64,000 nucleotides of DNA, from the NCBI GenBank assembly GCA_003344405.1, contig NOWV01000012.1, forward strand, positions 558,001 to 622,000, in the 5' to 3' direction. The notes beneath the pieces are model-generated. The model worked only from the letters and a program-made list of their open reading frames with translations, was not told the DNA's origin and did not search any database. The position numbers and the translations under genes are program-made. Shown one piece after another: positions 14,601-29,174 of this stretch (positions are counted from its first letter, which is position 1; each line of letters starts with the position of its first letter). The DNA comes from Trichoplax sp. H2. Lineage: Eukaryota.

Positions 14601-17347
14601 TGACTGAAGTATATGACTGGAATCACTTTTCTATTTAATAAAGAGAATTCATATTAATTTCGATGAATACTCCGGGGAGTCTTGGTACAATAAGCGAGTC
14701 CATGTCTGTATCACAATCACATTGATGGAATATCAAACTATAGGTTGATGCATTAATATTTTTAATTGTAGATGTTATTAAGTACGAATTGTGATTCTAT
14801 GTAGGACATTATCGAAAAACTACGAGATGATGGATTACTTGTAGACAATAGGTACATCAATGATAACTATCAACCATACAGACTGTTAAAATGCTACATA
14901 TGTTATATCATAACAGAAAAAGGGATACTTTGGTATTTAATTTATTTATTTGATAAATTATCTAGCTATATTTGACACCATAGTTATTTTCAAACAAATC
15001 AAATGAGTAAAGATATCCTGAATAGTAATCTTAAAATCTGTCCTAATTATCACTCTAGACAAGATGAAGCTGCTACAATTGATATCGGAAAAGGTGGAGG
15101 ATATATACTGAATTAACTTTGAACTATGATTGTGATTTAAGAAGATACTAAAGTATTACCATTTAACAATAACGTACAGACCGTATCTTCTTAAGGAAGG
15201 CAGATCGCACTACAACGTACATGTCCAGGTATTAAACTATGACTATAAACAGCCGTAAGAGATAGTTATAGAGAAATATATTTGACTGCCTATGTAAGAC
15301 TGATATTATTTTAATAGAGATATTGTGGCAGCAATAGACCGTTTTGAAAGGTTCAACTTTGATGAGATGTACTATGTGGTAAGCAAGAAATACATTTCTC
15401 CCTAAGTAAATGTATTACTGATTGCTGCAAATAAAATTGATGTTGCGTATTTTCTGTCTTCGAATCGTAATCTGCAAATGACTGCAACTATTAATTTTTA
15501 TCATTAATTTATTGTAAGACTTCAAGTGCCCAAAACCTACATTTTCAGCATTTATTTAAAATTCTCAACTTAAGTGGTTACAATTGGGTCAAAAAGTATG
15601 TCTCTAATCAACTGGTCTATTCAGTACTATAAATCTTTTTACTTAAATATGACTTGCTATAATCAACTGACACGCTGCCAATAGTTGTTACCATGTCGAT
15701 TTTGGCATGGTGAAAGGTATGAGTACGCGGACAGGAAATGTGGTATTTCTGCAGGTATGCTACTAAGCACTAAAATTATGTTCAGTTATGTCATAATTGT
15801 AACAGTAGATATTGTTAAAGTATGCCGATATGAATTAATGACAGTGCGTAGGTAGCAAACAGTTATCATGTACTTATAAATTACATTCAAATGACATCAA
15901 TTATATAATATATTATCGAACGCGTATGTAATGCGTGTGTTACATACTTTAGCAAATACAGTATAGTTGATTACTGTTTTGTCTTGAATTTTATCACAGG
16001 ATATTCTGGATGATGCAAAAGAGAGAATGATGAAAACCTTATCTAGAAAACACAATGGTAAATTATCAACAAAGTGTACAATATTAAATAAATAATATAA
16101 AATTTATGCAATTAAACTAGATATGCATCTTACCATCATTAAATTCTGATTTGGATTACAAGAAAGACATTCGTAATTTCGGTTTATGAAAGTTGTTGTT
16201 GCATATTTGTTTACTCTTGCAAATTCTATTTAACAAATTTAATCAAATTTCTATTAATTAGAAATAGTTTAATTTCAGCATTCTTTCAATCCTGCTATCT
16301 TCAATAAATCATATTGTACCTTAAACTATTTTTACTATGGCTTTTAGATCCTTCAAGTATTGCCGAACTAGTTGGTTTGGCTGCTATTTTAATTCAGGTA
16401 AAAATAAGGCCTACTTATGCGCATGCCGAAATTACAAAATACTAGAAAATTTGGTGTGGTCCCACATAATTAATGTATCTCTAACATTAAATAGGATCTG
16501 AAAGCTAAAAGAATTAAAGATTACGAATTTAATTGGTAAGGAATGACAAAACTTTGGTAAAAGTATTATTACATATTATATGTATAATAATAACAAATGT
16601 GCTATGCCGCTGTATCAGGGAGAAGATGCTAGCTTCACATGGTGATACTGGCCCTCGTTTGCAATATGAACATGCCCGTCTTGTTAGGTAATAAACAATT
16701 ATTTAACTTTGATTATTCTACATTAATTAATGTGACAAAACCTATAATTAGTATCGCAGAAAAAACTCAAGTTCCGATTAACATGGAAGCAGATATAACA
16801 TCTTTATTATCTGAAAATTCTGCAATCAAGCTAGTGGAACATATCACTAGGTGATTATTTTATTCCGTCAGTGAATTTTTTAAATGCCTTTTCACTGTTA
16901 GAAAATTTACATTGAACACTATAAATGCTATAAGATATAATTATTTCACGTAATAAAGGTTCGAAGGGGAACTTGTAAGAGCAAAATTACACTCAGAGCC
17001 ATGCTTTCTTGTTAATTACCTCTTCATCTTAAGGTAATTTACAATGTCCGATATTATGTCATATCTTTTGCAATAAGAGTGTTGGTATAGGATTGTTGCT
17101 TGAGTTGATCTAAAACTTTTATTTTTCAGCCATTTAATATCAGCTGCGAATCATAATTTAAAGGTCTTAGGCCAAACTGAAAAGATAGCTGAGGTAATAA
17201 TCGTCTTTGCTATAAACGTTATCAAATGCAGGTCGGAATATAACCTATTTTTTGATGTAGGCAAGAATGTTGCTATTTGCCGCTTCAAGGAATACTCTGG
17301 CTAAAGGATTGAATATATTAGGTGTCAAACCGTTAAATAAAATGTAA
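11603..17347 (+). CDS. RARS2: Mitochondrial arginyl-tRNA synthetase (multi-exon)
   Basis: Exon 1 [12 protein letters not shown]|gt resembles the RARS2 N-terminus. Also [21 protein letters not shown] (HIGH-like, ~13280), [29 protein letters not shown] (~15700), [14 protein letters not shown], and C-terminal [28 protein letters not shown] (stop 17345-17347). Confidence 0.92.
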
Positions 17348-17783
17348 ATAAAATATTGTATGCTATATATATTTGTTGCAAAATAAAATCAAAAATTTCA
17401 AGATAAATGGTGTAATTGTAGCTTTGAAAGCCTTGGGATGATCATGTAAATCCGAAATAAAGTCACAATATAGGTTCAAAAATGAATATCTAGATACATA
17501 TTTAGCAGTTAGAGCCACTATTCACAAAAGATATTCACCCTACTTATATCGAACATATTTTTATTCTGCTCATCGAAATATACAGTAAATTACCAAGAAT
17601 TTACACGCAAGAATAGCATCCCAGACGACAATTTTGGATGCACTATGATTATATTGTACTGGAAAAAAGCTGCAAATTTATGGTAGAGCTGAAAATATTC
17701 CTGTAGAAATAGTGTAAAATTTATCTTTCACAAGTGAAAATGACTTTAATAACGCGATAAAATTTCAAAATGCCCATCATCAG

Positions 17784-20700
17784 TTATCGTTTGACCCTAT
17801 TATAGAAATAAAGAAACAATGATAATAATGGTTAACTACGATTCCACATATTTGAAGCTTAATAAATGAAAATCTTTCCAAAAGAGTAGTAATTGTGACG
17901 ACAACCACGCAAATTTACCATGCAAATTTTCTTCTAGCTTTTTTCTGTCCAGGTTTTTTTCTCTCAACAATTCTTGGATCTCGATGCAGTAGTTCGTCTT
18001 CAAATATGAAATTAATATATACCTTTTGTTAGTTTTAGTAAGCATACCTGTATCTAAAATTATCCAAAACTTATCACCAAACTTACACTCATCCAGGGTT
18101 TCCTTATACGCTTCATTAAAACTTAATAAAGCTCGTGCAATTCCCAGTCTGATAGCGCCTGCTTGACCTGAATATTTACCAGTGAGTCAGAATGATGTTG
18201 ATATAGCACAAGATACATATTTTCTCTATTTACCGCTTACGGTATATTATTAAATAGCTAAAACTACAGACATGCTATCAATTAAAAGAAAGAAGAAGTA
18301 AACAATTTACATTGTCTGCCTTACCAGAAAGCCCACCTCCGCGTACTGAGCATGTTATATCGAATGCATGGGTAAGATTTAAGACCAATAGAGGATATAA
18401 AACTTGCTCCCTAAAAGAAATACGTACACCATTGAATGTAATTAAATATATAGGTCTAGTAATTGGTATTTTCTCTGCTAAACTATATAGTCTAATTTAT
18501 TACAATGGCTGACCTATGTAACAGTTGTTGAAAATATTCCACAAGACTTTTATCATTAATCGTAACGTTGCCAGTTCCTTCTTGTATTTGAATGTTAGCA
18601 ACAGCAGTTTTTCTTTTTCCTAGTTACGATAGGTATAAAGTATATATATATATATATATATTTTATGTGATAGAATATGCGGGATGTTCTTTTGTAGTCA
18701 TATAATTACTAAAACTTACCTTTGTTGTAAGAAACTCCCGCAACACTTAGCTAAACGATAGAATTTTGGTAAATGTTAACGTGCACATATGATCGTGTAT
18801 AATTGAAATAACTTACCGGCCGTATCTTAACTTTAGTACTTCTATGTTCAACGTTTTTCCGATACTTGTCCATAAAATCTTTAACACGGTTGGAATTAGG
18901 GAACTGCTGCAGTCTTTCCAGGCGAGCGATTAAATAATCATACTATCAAGAAGTTAGAGAGTAAAGATCAATAGTGTTCATATCTGCTTTAAAACTATTA
19001 ACAAGGCCTAATAGGCAATATCATCTTTACGGAGTATAGTTGAAAAGAGTTTCTTCTTGAATTACCAGGATTAATAGTATATTTAATTTAATTTTAGACT
19101 TTTATACCTGTCTATCCGTAATATCTTCCTGCAACATATCCTTCATCTGATCGCTACTTAACCATCTAAAAGACAGATTGGTGTTATCTTGACTAAAATC
19201 AGCAGGAGCTAAATCTTGCGTGACTTCATCAGCTAGTCTATCAACTTCCTTTCCTAAGCTTAGGGACATCAGTAACTCTTCACGTTCCCCTATTTCCTAT
19301 TTAATTAATTCGATAGAATAATCACATACGTTACCAAATTGTACTTGTAATCAATACTTGATGGCTTTAAATCGAATAAAAAATATTACATGAATGGTGT
19401 TATAAAATGCTGGAAATCCGGTGTAATATCCAGCAGCAAAAGGTCGGCCATCCTTATCTATTTTTTTTTCTAATTTAAATAATAAGAAATTGTTTCATTG
19501 CCAAGTAACGATTTAGTGGCAGCTTATATTAATTAATGATTTTACCTTGTATTTTCGGCAGTAATTCAAGGGGATGCTGAAAAATAGCATTAAATATTCC
19601 ATTATTACCAAAACTATAATTTAGTAACTGATACTTATCTACGTATATTCAAGTTGTAAAAAGTTAAAAACCCGATTGATTAGTTAATGACCATGCTAAA
19701 TTATCATAGCATTCCATCTAGAATAGTTACTACTTTCATTTAGTGTTTTTTGATACTAAGCGATACCTTCATAATAGGTCTTGCATCTTTTGCAAAAAGG
19801 CTGGAAGGTAGTAAATAAGCTAAGGCTTCCTATTCAAAGAGATGTATAGTATTTAAAATTTGAATGACTCGTACGTAATTAATAATATCCGTAAAAGTGT
19901 CACTTTCTTAACAATGGTAGCAAAAAATTGAAGCGTTCTCTAATTGATAGCCGCTATGGTTCTACAAATAGCAGCATTACCTCAATATCTTGATCGGTAA
20001 ACGTTTCCGGATCTTTTTCCATCATTAGAGCTAATCTTCGTTTGCCACGCTCAAATGCAGCAATTTCATTTTTATATCTCTCCTCTATGATAGGGAATGC
20101 AATAGGAAAAAAAGTTACTCAGGGCTGTTGATAGAACATTACCAGTATAAATCATCAGGCTAGTACTATGTACGTTACTAGGAAATAGGACAGTAACGTT
20201 TAGAATACGAAAAAGATTGATAATAACGTATTAACGCACGTTAGGTAGCAACTGTCTTTGAGTTAAAATTACAGTAATATCGAGGTAACTTGAACAATAC
20301 AGTGTATAATAATATACTATAACTATTAATGCGTAGTGATTGATTAATTTTAATAATATTCTCAATAAGAATTAGCAATAAGCACCGAAAATTAGTGTTG
20401 CCAATTTAGGATACCTGGTATTATTGAACGTGACTGTTGCTCATTTCTATTTGTATCTAGTCTTGAATACTGGCGTGTAATGAGTCTGTTGGTGTTCGTT
20501 TGTACTAAACTCTTCCATACTTGTATACCCTGCAAATACAAGGAATAAATATTAAACCATTCTATTCAAAGCTAAATGTTAAAATATTAACTCAGATTCT
20601 ACGTCAGGAGTTGGCTGAGAATTTAAAATGTAAATTAATTTAAATAATATAACATAGCCAAAGTGTAAATCTGATAGCAGCTGGTTGATGAAAAGTAATG

Positions 20701-22357
20701 ATTAACGGTTATAATATGCATTTATAAGCGTAGATGCAAAATTTAAAAGTCATGAGTAACGATAGCAACTGAATTGAAATCCATATTGCAATACAAGCTG
20801 AATAATGGTGACTAATTTATGCAGTAATACCATCTGTAAAATATTGAAGATCTAGACCGATCGATATACGAGTATAATAATTACATATAAGCAAGCATGA
20901 TAATATAACAAACGTACAGATCCGATAGCAGCTAGTTAATGAACGAAATGTAACGATTGATAGCAATAGTGAGTACTTATATAGTGTAGATGGGAAGTCT
21001 ACAGTACAGTACATGCCGTAAGTAACGATAGCAACTGCAGCTCATATTGGAATACAAGCTGAATTTCGTATTGCTGATTCTTAATACCATCTATAAAGTA
21101 CCGTACACCCAGATCGGTCAATAATGATCGATCGATATATAAACAAGAAATGGCAAAAGTACAGATCTAATAGCAGCTAAGCCGTGGAATGTAACGACTG
21201 ATGGTATTGGAATGCATTTGTACGTGTCAATTCGAATGCTAAAATGCTGTGAAAACGATAGCAGTAGAAGCCGATGTTGCAATGCAAGCTGAACTATTGC
21301 TGATTCACAATATCATCTATACAGTACCGTACATCTAGATTGGTTAATAATTATTATTTCGATTTATATAAACAAGAAAATGGCAGCAGTACAAAAGTGA
21401 TAGCAGCTAAGCCATGGAAAGTAACGACTGATGGTATTGGCATGCATTAGTACGTGTAATTTCGAATCCTAGAAATACTGCGAAAACGACCGCACTAGAA
21501 ACTGATGTTGCAATGCAAACTGAATGATTACTGATTCACAATATCACCTACGCTTAAAGTACCACACATCCAGATCGGTCAATAATTATTGATGTATGAA
21601 TAAGAAAGAACAGAAGTACAGGTCTATTAGTAGCTAGTTAACAGAAAGCAATGACTGATGGCAATATGCATTGGTACGTGTAGATTTAAATGTTATATAA
21701 TGCCATAACAGCAACTGCACTCCATGTTGTAATGAATACAAGCTAAACTATGGCTGGTTGACATTATTATCTATAAAGTACATCCAGGCTATGTACGGAC
21801 AAGAATGACAAAAAATAGCAAAAGTACAGATCTGATAGCAGTTGGCTTATGAAAAGGAATGACTGAGGGCAATAGTATTATGCATTTGTACGTCTAGCTT
21901 TAAATCATCGATGGCGTTGAGTAACGATAGCAAGAGCGCAATTTATGTTGGAAGGCAAGCTAAATTCTTCGCTGCTGGATGCATAATACCATGCATAAAC
22001 TATTGCACATCCAGATCGACCCATAGATAAGCATGATAAAATGGCATAAGAGGATCTCTATTACAATCTCTTTTACTAGAATTTAATGTTCAAACCAACC
22101 CTATAAGCATCCATCCGATGGAGCTTGAAAATAGACGATAGGCCAGTAGAGAATTTTCTTCTTCCGACCATATGCATTAAGCTTGTCATGATTGATGATC
22201 AACTACTGCAGATGAACGTCAAGAGCTACAGTTCTTGCAAAGGAGAATCACACAATTGTTGGCTTATGATAGAGCGTTTCAATGTTGTTATACTATTCTA
22301 TGCTGAAAGGCAATATCCAGTAGATCACAATTCTCTAGCGGAACGATGTGCAGCCAT
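17784..22357 (-). CDS. MRPS9: Mitochondrial ribosomal protein S9 (uS9m); first exon and start codon uncertain
   Basis: Exons encode FERGKRRLALMMEKDPETFTDQDIE, ALAYLLPSSLFAKDARPIMK, DGRPF, GKRKTAVA..GTGNVTIN, GGGLSGQAGAIRLGIARAL, RDPRIVERKKPGQKKARRKFAWVKR* (stop 17784-17786). The securely coding part runs to ~20529; ATG 22357 (aacATGgc) is a guess. Confidence 0.9.
20650..22050. repeat. Degenerate tandem array, ~6 copies of 208-251 bp
   Basis: Anchor gtacagatct(g)atagcagct recurs at ~20671, 20922, 21167, 21397, 21624 and 21832, each followed by taacgactgatgg..gcatt.gtacgtgt..aacgatagca..ttgcaatacaagctgaa..ccatct..aaagta..ccagatcg. Confidence 0.85.
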
Positions 22358-23065
22358 GTTAGCAGCTGCAGAGGCAACTACGATTCCTACGAGGTGCCAA
22401 GCTGGGCTGTTGTCTTGTGGACGACAGTCCAAATAAGTTTTACATGTTTTACTATAGGCGTTGAACTCCAGTATGAGTAGGAAACCTAGCGGTGTAAAGG
22501 ACACGTGAGCGATAGGGTGACACCCGAGTATCCTGGAGATGGAATAGCCGGCAATATCATGCGCAAATAGGAGTACTGTTATATAGAAATTGACTAGAAT
22601 CAGTTTTATCATGCTGAGTTAGACTGGCTTGGTCATGGCTCATACTGCTATACTATATCGTAAACGTACGCTCTATCGCTATAGTAATCAACTCAAGTTT
22701 CAACCATATTGGGGTATCTGGCTAGTCCAAAGAGGGCCATTCAAACGAGACACGTACGGACGGCAAGACGGGATGCATGGGGAAGGGAGATTCGGACGGA
22801 AGCCATACTAAGTTCACAACATTAGGCTTGAGTGGATTGGAGTGTTCTCTTCTATCGCAATCCTCTGATGGCGATGGTAGTCGATACTAAAGTCTAATTG
22901 AAATCCATTCCAGCTGCCTTTTCCACTCGATTTACTATGTAATGGCATAACAGTATCTTCGATTGATGTTTATATTAGTATTAGGAACAAATTGAGTACA
23001 ACATTGGTGATAGGATCGTTCATTTTGTTGGGATAATATTACGGAGTTGAAATTAGATCATCGTC

Positions 23066-26000
23066 ATGGCGGCAATCATACGAACGGGGACATATGGAAT
23101 TCTAGTTGCACGAAGTCAATGGACTCTAGCGCATAATAATACTGCCTGGCGATCAAGTATGAAACGATTTTCTAGGCTACGTTTCAATGTAAGTTGTACT
23201 TCCATCATGTTATATGCTATGATACTACATGGATCATGACAATGGCAGTCGATAGACGAGTAGAAACGAAGGCACATGCCAATCACTGCCTGCCATAGTG
23301 AAATCAATCATCATCCTTTATTTTGTAATACTCGACCCTATCGTTGATATATACTACAGTTTTAGAATTTACTATATCAATAAAATCCAATCGAGAATTG
23401 AAAATGTGGATGACCGCCACTGTCCAAGATGGATGGTAATACTAATTTAGTTAGACGCCCCTCTTAGTGTGCATAGCGGCGTGGAAGAGGATGTCGTATG
23501 TGGATCATGCATTTTGAAATCTTACTGTCGGCATATCCAGCTGCATACGTCAATTCTGCTATACAAATATCAATCATTTCACTTCATAAACAAGATACAT
23601 GACCACAGTTGCTGACAGCTATACCATGATCGAATAGAATAGACATACTCGTATACCTGCATTGGGCATCTAGGCTATATCGTAGTAGTATCGTATCAGT
23701 TTTCCAAGTTTATATTACAAGCAGTTCGAAATACAGACGGAAGAGTTCTATCAAGTACCCACCAGGTTTTCCCTCTATACTTGTTTAAATCATCTTGCTT
23801 GCTAGATTGTGTCATCAATCCATGCGATATTTATCTATATATATAAACTACTCACATTAATCACTCTGATCGAATTAAATGTCAGCCTTAACTAATATTC
23901 AAATGTGCAATTATTTTTTTGCAACTAAATTTCGTATTATATCCAGTTGTACTGATTGCATTTATTAATAATTGCTTCAAGTATGATCGCATTTATAATA
24001 AAAGCTAACCTACTATCAAACTTCTGTCTAACAGACAAATATCTCATCTTCAAAACCAATCAATACACAGCGACTAAAGAATCCTGTTAGTATTCAAAAT
24101 TTCAATACACTAGAATATACACTTATTGCATCATTTTTCTATTGATTTAATAATTTAAATTAGTTAGACTAAACTGCCTGATTTAAACATACTATAAAAT
24201 GATCAATTTTACTGAGCTCTCTTACATGTTAAAATTTCAGCACATAACTACTACTCGTAAAACATTTCATGGAGCGTCCACTGTCGGCGGCCCTGGACCA
24301 GGCCTTGGCAAAGTTGCCGTGACAGACGCATCGGAACTAAACTCATTAGCCATAATTAAAACTATGTTGAGATTTATTTGGCCTAAGAATAAAATAGGTT
24401 TAAAAGCACGTGTTATAGGATCATTGAGCCTGCTAGTTGGTGCTAAGGTTAGTTAAAGGCAAAAGTTAGGAACAGTTTAGACACTCTTGTATCGATAACT
24501 GCTACGTAAAATGTAATCTTATCGAATTGCATTACAACCAATATGAAAATAACATCTTAATGTGATAACCAACCATTATAATATTCTCAGTAAGATCACA
24601 ATACTCCTGTATGATTGAATTATTATCACGTCCGCTAGTATTAAAATTATGAAGATACTGCGAAGGATAATAATAAATAATATAGTATATCATCCTTTTA
24701 TCAATTTTTTTAATATAAGATTATAAAAATCGCTATTTAGCTCTTGACCCTCCAAGTTCCTTTCCTTTTTAAACACGCTGTGGATCACTTGAACAATGTT
24801 ACCAACAACACATTAAACATGAATGAGCCAATAATGGCAATCTTTACAGTTTCTACTGCGTTACTGATTGGCTGTAAGTTGACAAAAGATATGATCGATA
24901 CAAATTATTTCGAGAATAAAGATTGCTGACTTCTAAAGGAGCAAATCTATCAGAAATAGTGGTACTCTCATTCCAAAGTTATAGCAATCATTACGTATAA
25001 CAGCCTGAATTGAATGTATGCAAATTTACGTATTTTATTTTGGGCTATAAAAAAGATTTTTACATTTTTGTTATTAATTATCGCTAGATGGAATAGCAAG
25101 AGCTGGAGCTGCATTATTTAGTGAATTACGCAATGCTATTTTCGCCAAAGTAGCTCATGATTCTGTTAGAACGATTGCCAAGAATTCATTTCGCCATTTG
25201 CATTCCCTTGACCTTAAATTTCATCTTGGACGCAATACGGGAGCTCTTTCCAAAGCCATTGATCGTGGCACGAGGTAGTAGTATAGTATTGTAATAAATG
25301 CTGACAATGCTACTCTATAACTTTGAAGTTTAGCATCATAATTCAATGTCTCAATAAATTCGTTTCGATATTTTTGTTAACATTTTAGGTCTGTAAATAC
25401 TGTCTTGAGTGCGTTGTTATTTAACGTGTTCCCTACTATTCTCGAAGTGTCTCTAGTGTCTGGAGTTTTGGTATGATGATAGCGTACATCGTCTATAAAA
25501 ATTATATACTAGTACGAGTTAATTCTACCCCTTTACTAACCGTGCTGTTGTTATTTTAGTGTCAACAATATTGAATGTTCAACGACATAATGCTGACTAC
25601 TTTTATATATAATCACTACCATTAAATAGGCATATAAATGCGGCCAGCCGTTTGTCTTGGTTACTATGGGCACTATTGCTGCGTATGCAGTATTTACCTT
25701 AGGTATAACGCAATGGAGGTAAGTTACAAATCAGACCGTTCAGTGCTACTTACAGAGTTAAATTATTATTTTAATATCATTTACGATCTTAGAAAACTCA
25801 TTTTTAACGTACGAATTCACTATCTTGTGTATCTCTCGTAATCAATTTAGAACAAAATTTAGAGCTCAAATGAACGCAGCTGATAACGAAAGTGGCTCTA
25901 AGGCAATCGATTCACTAATTAACTATGAAACTGTTAAAGTACGCATTGATTCCAATTGTATTATCATAATTTGTACGAAGTTTAAGTTAATTACCATCAA

Positions 26001-27740
26001 TTGTTAGTTGGAGACTAATGAGCTATCCTGACTTTAATTGTAGTATTTTAACAACGAAGCACACGAAGCAGAACAATATAATAAACATTTGATAAAATTT
26101 GAAGAGGCTTCTCTAAAGACATCAACTAGTCTTTCAACACTAAATTTTGGCCAACATATGATATTTAGTGTCGGTTTAACAGGAATGATGCTATTAGCCA
26201 GTCAAGAAATAATTGCAGGTATAATTTTTCCTACTGTAAGTGATTATAATGCTACGGTTGCTTGACAAATATGCTCAATTATGCCTTGAAACTTTAGGAA
26301 CCATGACAGTAGGGGATTTAGTCATGGTAAATGGATTACTTTTTCAACTATCTATTCCACTAAATTTCCTTGGTTCAGTTTATCGAGATGTTCGTCAATC
26401 GCTCATTGACATGCAAACATTATTCAACTTAATGGATGTCAAGTCTTCCATCCGAGTAAGTACCAATTTAGCAGGTTTACATCTATTTAAAGTAAGCCAG
26501 CAGTTACTTCGATGACTCGCTTTCAGCATTTTAGCTTGTTATCACATTCAATATTTTACTTTAAAATTACCAGGATAAAGCAGATTCAAAGGTTATGAAT
26601 ATTGACGCATCTAACTCCAATATCGAATTTAAAGACGTTATCTTCGAGTATGAGGATGGCCGTAAAATCCTAGATGGCATATCGTTTACTGTACCTGCAG
26701 GAAAAACAGTAGCAATTGTTGGTGGAAGTGGTTCAGGGTATTCGATACGCTAAAAATGATATCTAGTTGACAAATGAAATGATATTAATTTTATGTCCTA
26801 TTTCGCATCTCCGCTAGAAAATCGACCATCCTAAGATTATTATTCCGCTTTTATGAGCCCCAAGGAGGACAGATATTAATTAATGGATGTAATATAAACG
26901 ATATTACCTTGCATAGCTTGCGGAAAGCTATTGGTGTAGTACCTCAAGTTAGTTTAAGAGCTTGCTGTATTAAAAGCCTTCGTCATATTCGCTCTCTATT
27001 AACGTAATTTTAAAATCTGCACAATACCAAATATAGAAATTTCTTTTTTATCATCATTTCAGGATACAGTCTTATTTCATAATACAATCTTCTATAACAT
27101 TAACTACGGTATGCTTTCTGCGTCTGAGGATGATGTCCTTGCAGCTTCTCATATGGCTGACTTACACCATAGCATATTACAAATGCCTAAAGGTTATGAT
27201 ACATTAGTTGGTGAACGCGGTCTTAAACTGTCAGGTAAAAACTGCCATTGCGGTATTTAATATAACTTCTGTACTCTATAATAAGTGAATCTCAATATCA
27301 AATGACATGTATTAACATTAGGCGGTGAAAAACAGCGGGTGGCTATTGCAAGAACTATTCTAAAGAATCCACCAATTATTTTCTACGACGAAGCTACTTC
27401 AAATTTAGATTACATTACCGAACAGGTACAAGTTATTTTCTGTTTGAATCGAGTGAACTATAATCCAGATCCTCCTAATATGTGATTTTTTATATACCAG
27501 ACAATAATGGAATCTCTAAAGAAAGTAACCAAAGGCAAAACATCGATTTACGTAGCTCATCGCCTATCAACAATTACCGATGCTGACGAAATTTTAGTAT
27601 TAGGAAACGGACGCGTTTTAGAAAGAGGAAACCATGAATCGCTTTTAAGCGATCCAAGTACTTACTATTCATATCTATGGAATAGCCAAATGAGATCAAA
27701 TAGTAAAAAAAGTAACGGTTCGACGCAGAAGTTGGATTAA
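23066..27740 (+). CDS. ABCB7: Mitochondrial ABC half-transporter ABCB7/Atm1 (Fe-S export)
   Basis: Presequence-like exon 1 MAAIIRTG... Also [82 protein letters not shown], Walker A GGSGSGKST, signature [21 protein letters not shown] and AHRLST; stop 27740. Confidence 0.95.
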
Positions 27741-29174
27741 GATCGCGATTTAAAGAATTAAAAATGACCTTAATGTTGATTTTTTTAAGGCTAATCTCGC
27801 ATTATTTAAGCTGAAAGAAAGGATTATAATTTTATACTTCTAGGCTAAGCGTTTAGTTATAGTTTTATTACGTAAACACGGAACATTTTAAATTTATGAA
27901 TAATCAACAAAAATTCATTTTTGGCAGTGCTAGTAAACTCTGCAAAGTAACTTTCTACATTTCAATCGTGAAGTTAACTTATCTTTACGAAATTACATAC
28001 TTTCGATTCTTGATATCTTCATATGGAGTTCTAATTAAAGTTGCTGATTACAAGATAAAATCGTGCAGTATAATCGAGGTCAACTTGATTCTCTAAAACA
28101 AACTGAATATTTGGGATCAACACTGAAATAACTGGGATCATCAGCAAATAATGTCGATGCTATGATGTTTGGCTCCTTAACTAGCTCTTGGATTATATTT
28201 AAAAATTACATCGTTTAAGATAATCGTGCAGTCATATGATCTTTAAAACTACAAAGATCGAAGCAATAAACATGAGTTGTTGATGTTTCTATTCGGATAA
28301 TTGATAAATGACCAGAATGCAAGTATGCAATATTGTACGGACACACTAAAATTTGATATTTATACATCTCTTTTTATTAAACATCAAAATTTTAACATAT
28401 ACAAAAACGATTGATTACAATATAAGTACGATTGATAACTGTTGCAGCATTACCAATACTACAATAGATTATAGAGCATTCTGCACATCTCATGACTACC
28501 CAATCTTCATGAATGCTTAATTAGTGTTATCAAGTAGAACTGGTATCGAAACAGATTTAAGCTCGCACATTTCCTTAATTAATCAAAGTTCACGTCTGAT
28601 TATTACTAAGTGTTAAAAAGCCTGCAGTTATTAAGTTACCTTATGAAGATTGATCTACCAAACCGCAGGAATATTATTTATTTCTGACTGTATCAGTTAA
28701 CCAAGCGCCATTATTTTTCGATCACGATTAACAATTTCACACATGATTATAATCAATACTGTCTGTAATCGAACAAAACACTTTACAAGGCGATCGTAGT
28801 TGTCAAGGAAAGCTATATATGGAAATAAAATTATGAATAAAAAGTTATTAGAAAATAATTAATGCAGCGTAACTGAGATGGAATAATAATGCATAAAAAT
28901 TATGAAAAGGAATATTACCCGCATGTTGCAGTACAGTAAGTAATCACTCATTTCTTTGTAAGCGTATTTACTAATCAACTACACAATGTGATAGATCCCG
29001 AATATCCGTAGTGCACATACTGCACAATACATTTGGCACTATACATATTAGTTGTGATACTACTGTAAAACTAGAGTGCAGAACCGCCGATATCCGCTTG
29101 TTGGAATAAGGCACAGCCGTAAATGCTGTAACAATACAAAAAATTCATTATATTGCCTACCTTCAGAATAGTGA

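Noticed and set aside
20085..20415. Possible U12-type intron in MRPS9 (donor GTATCCT)
   Set aside because: The donor continues AAA rather than TT, and there is no TCCTTAAC branch site near the acceptor.
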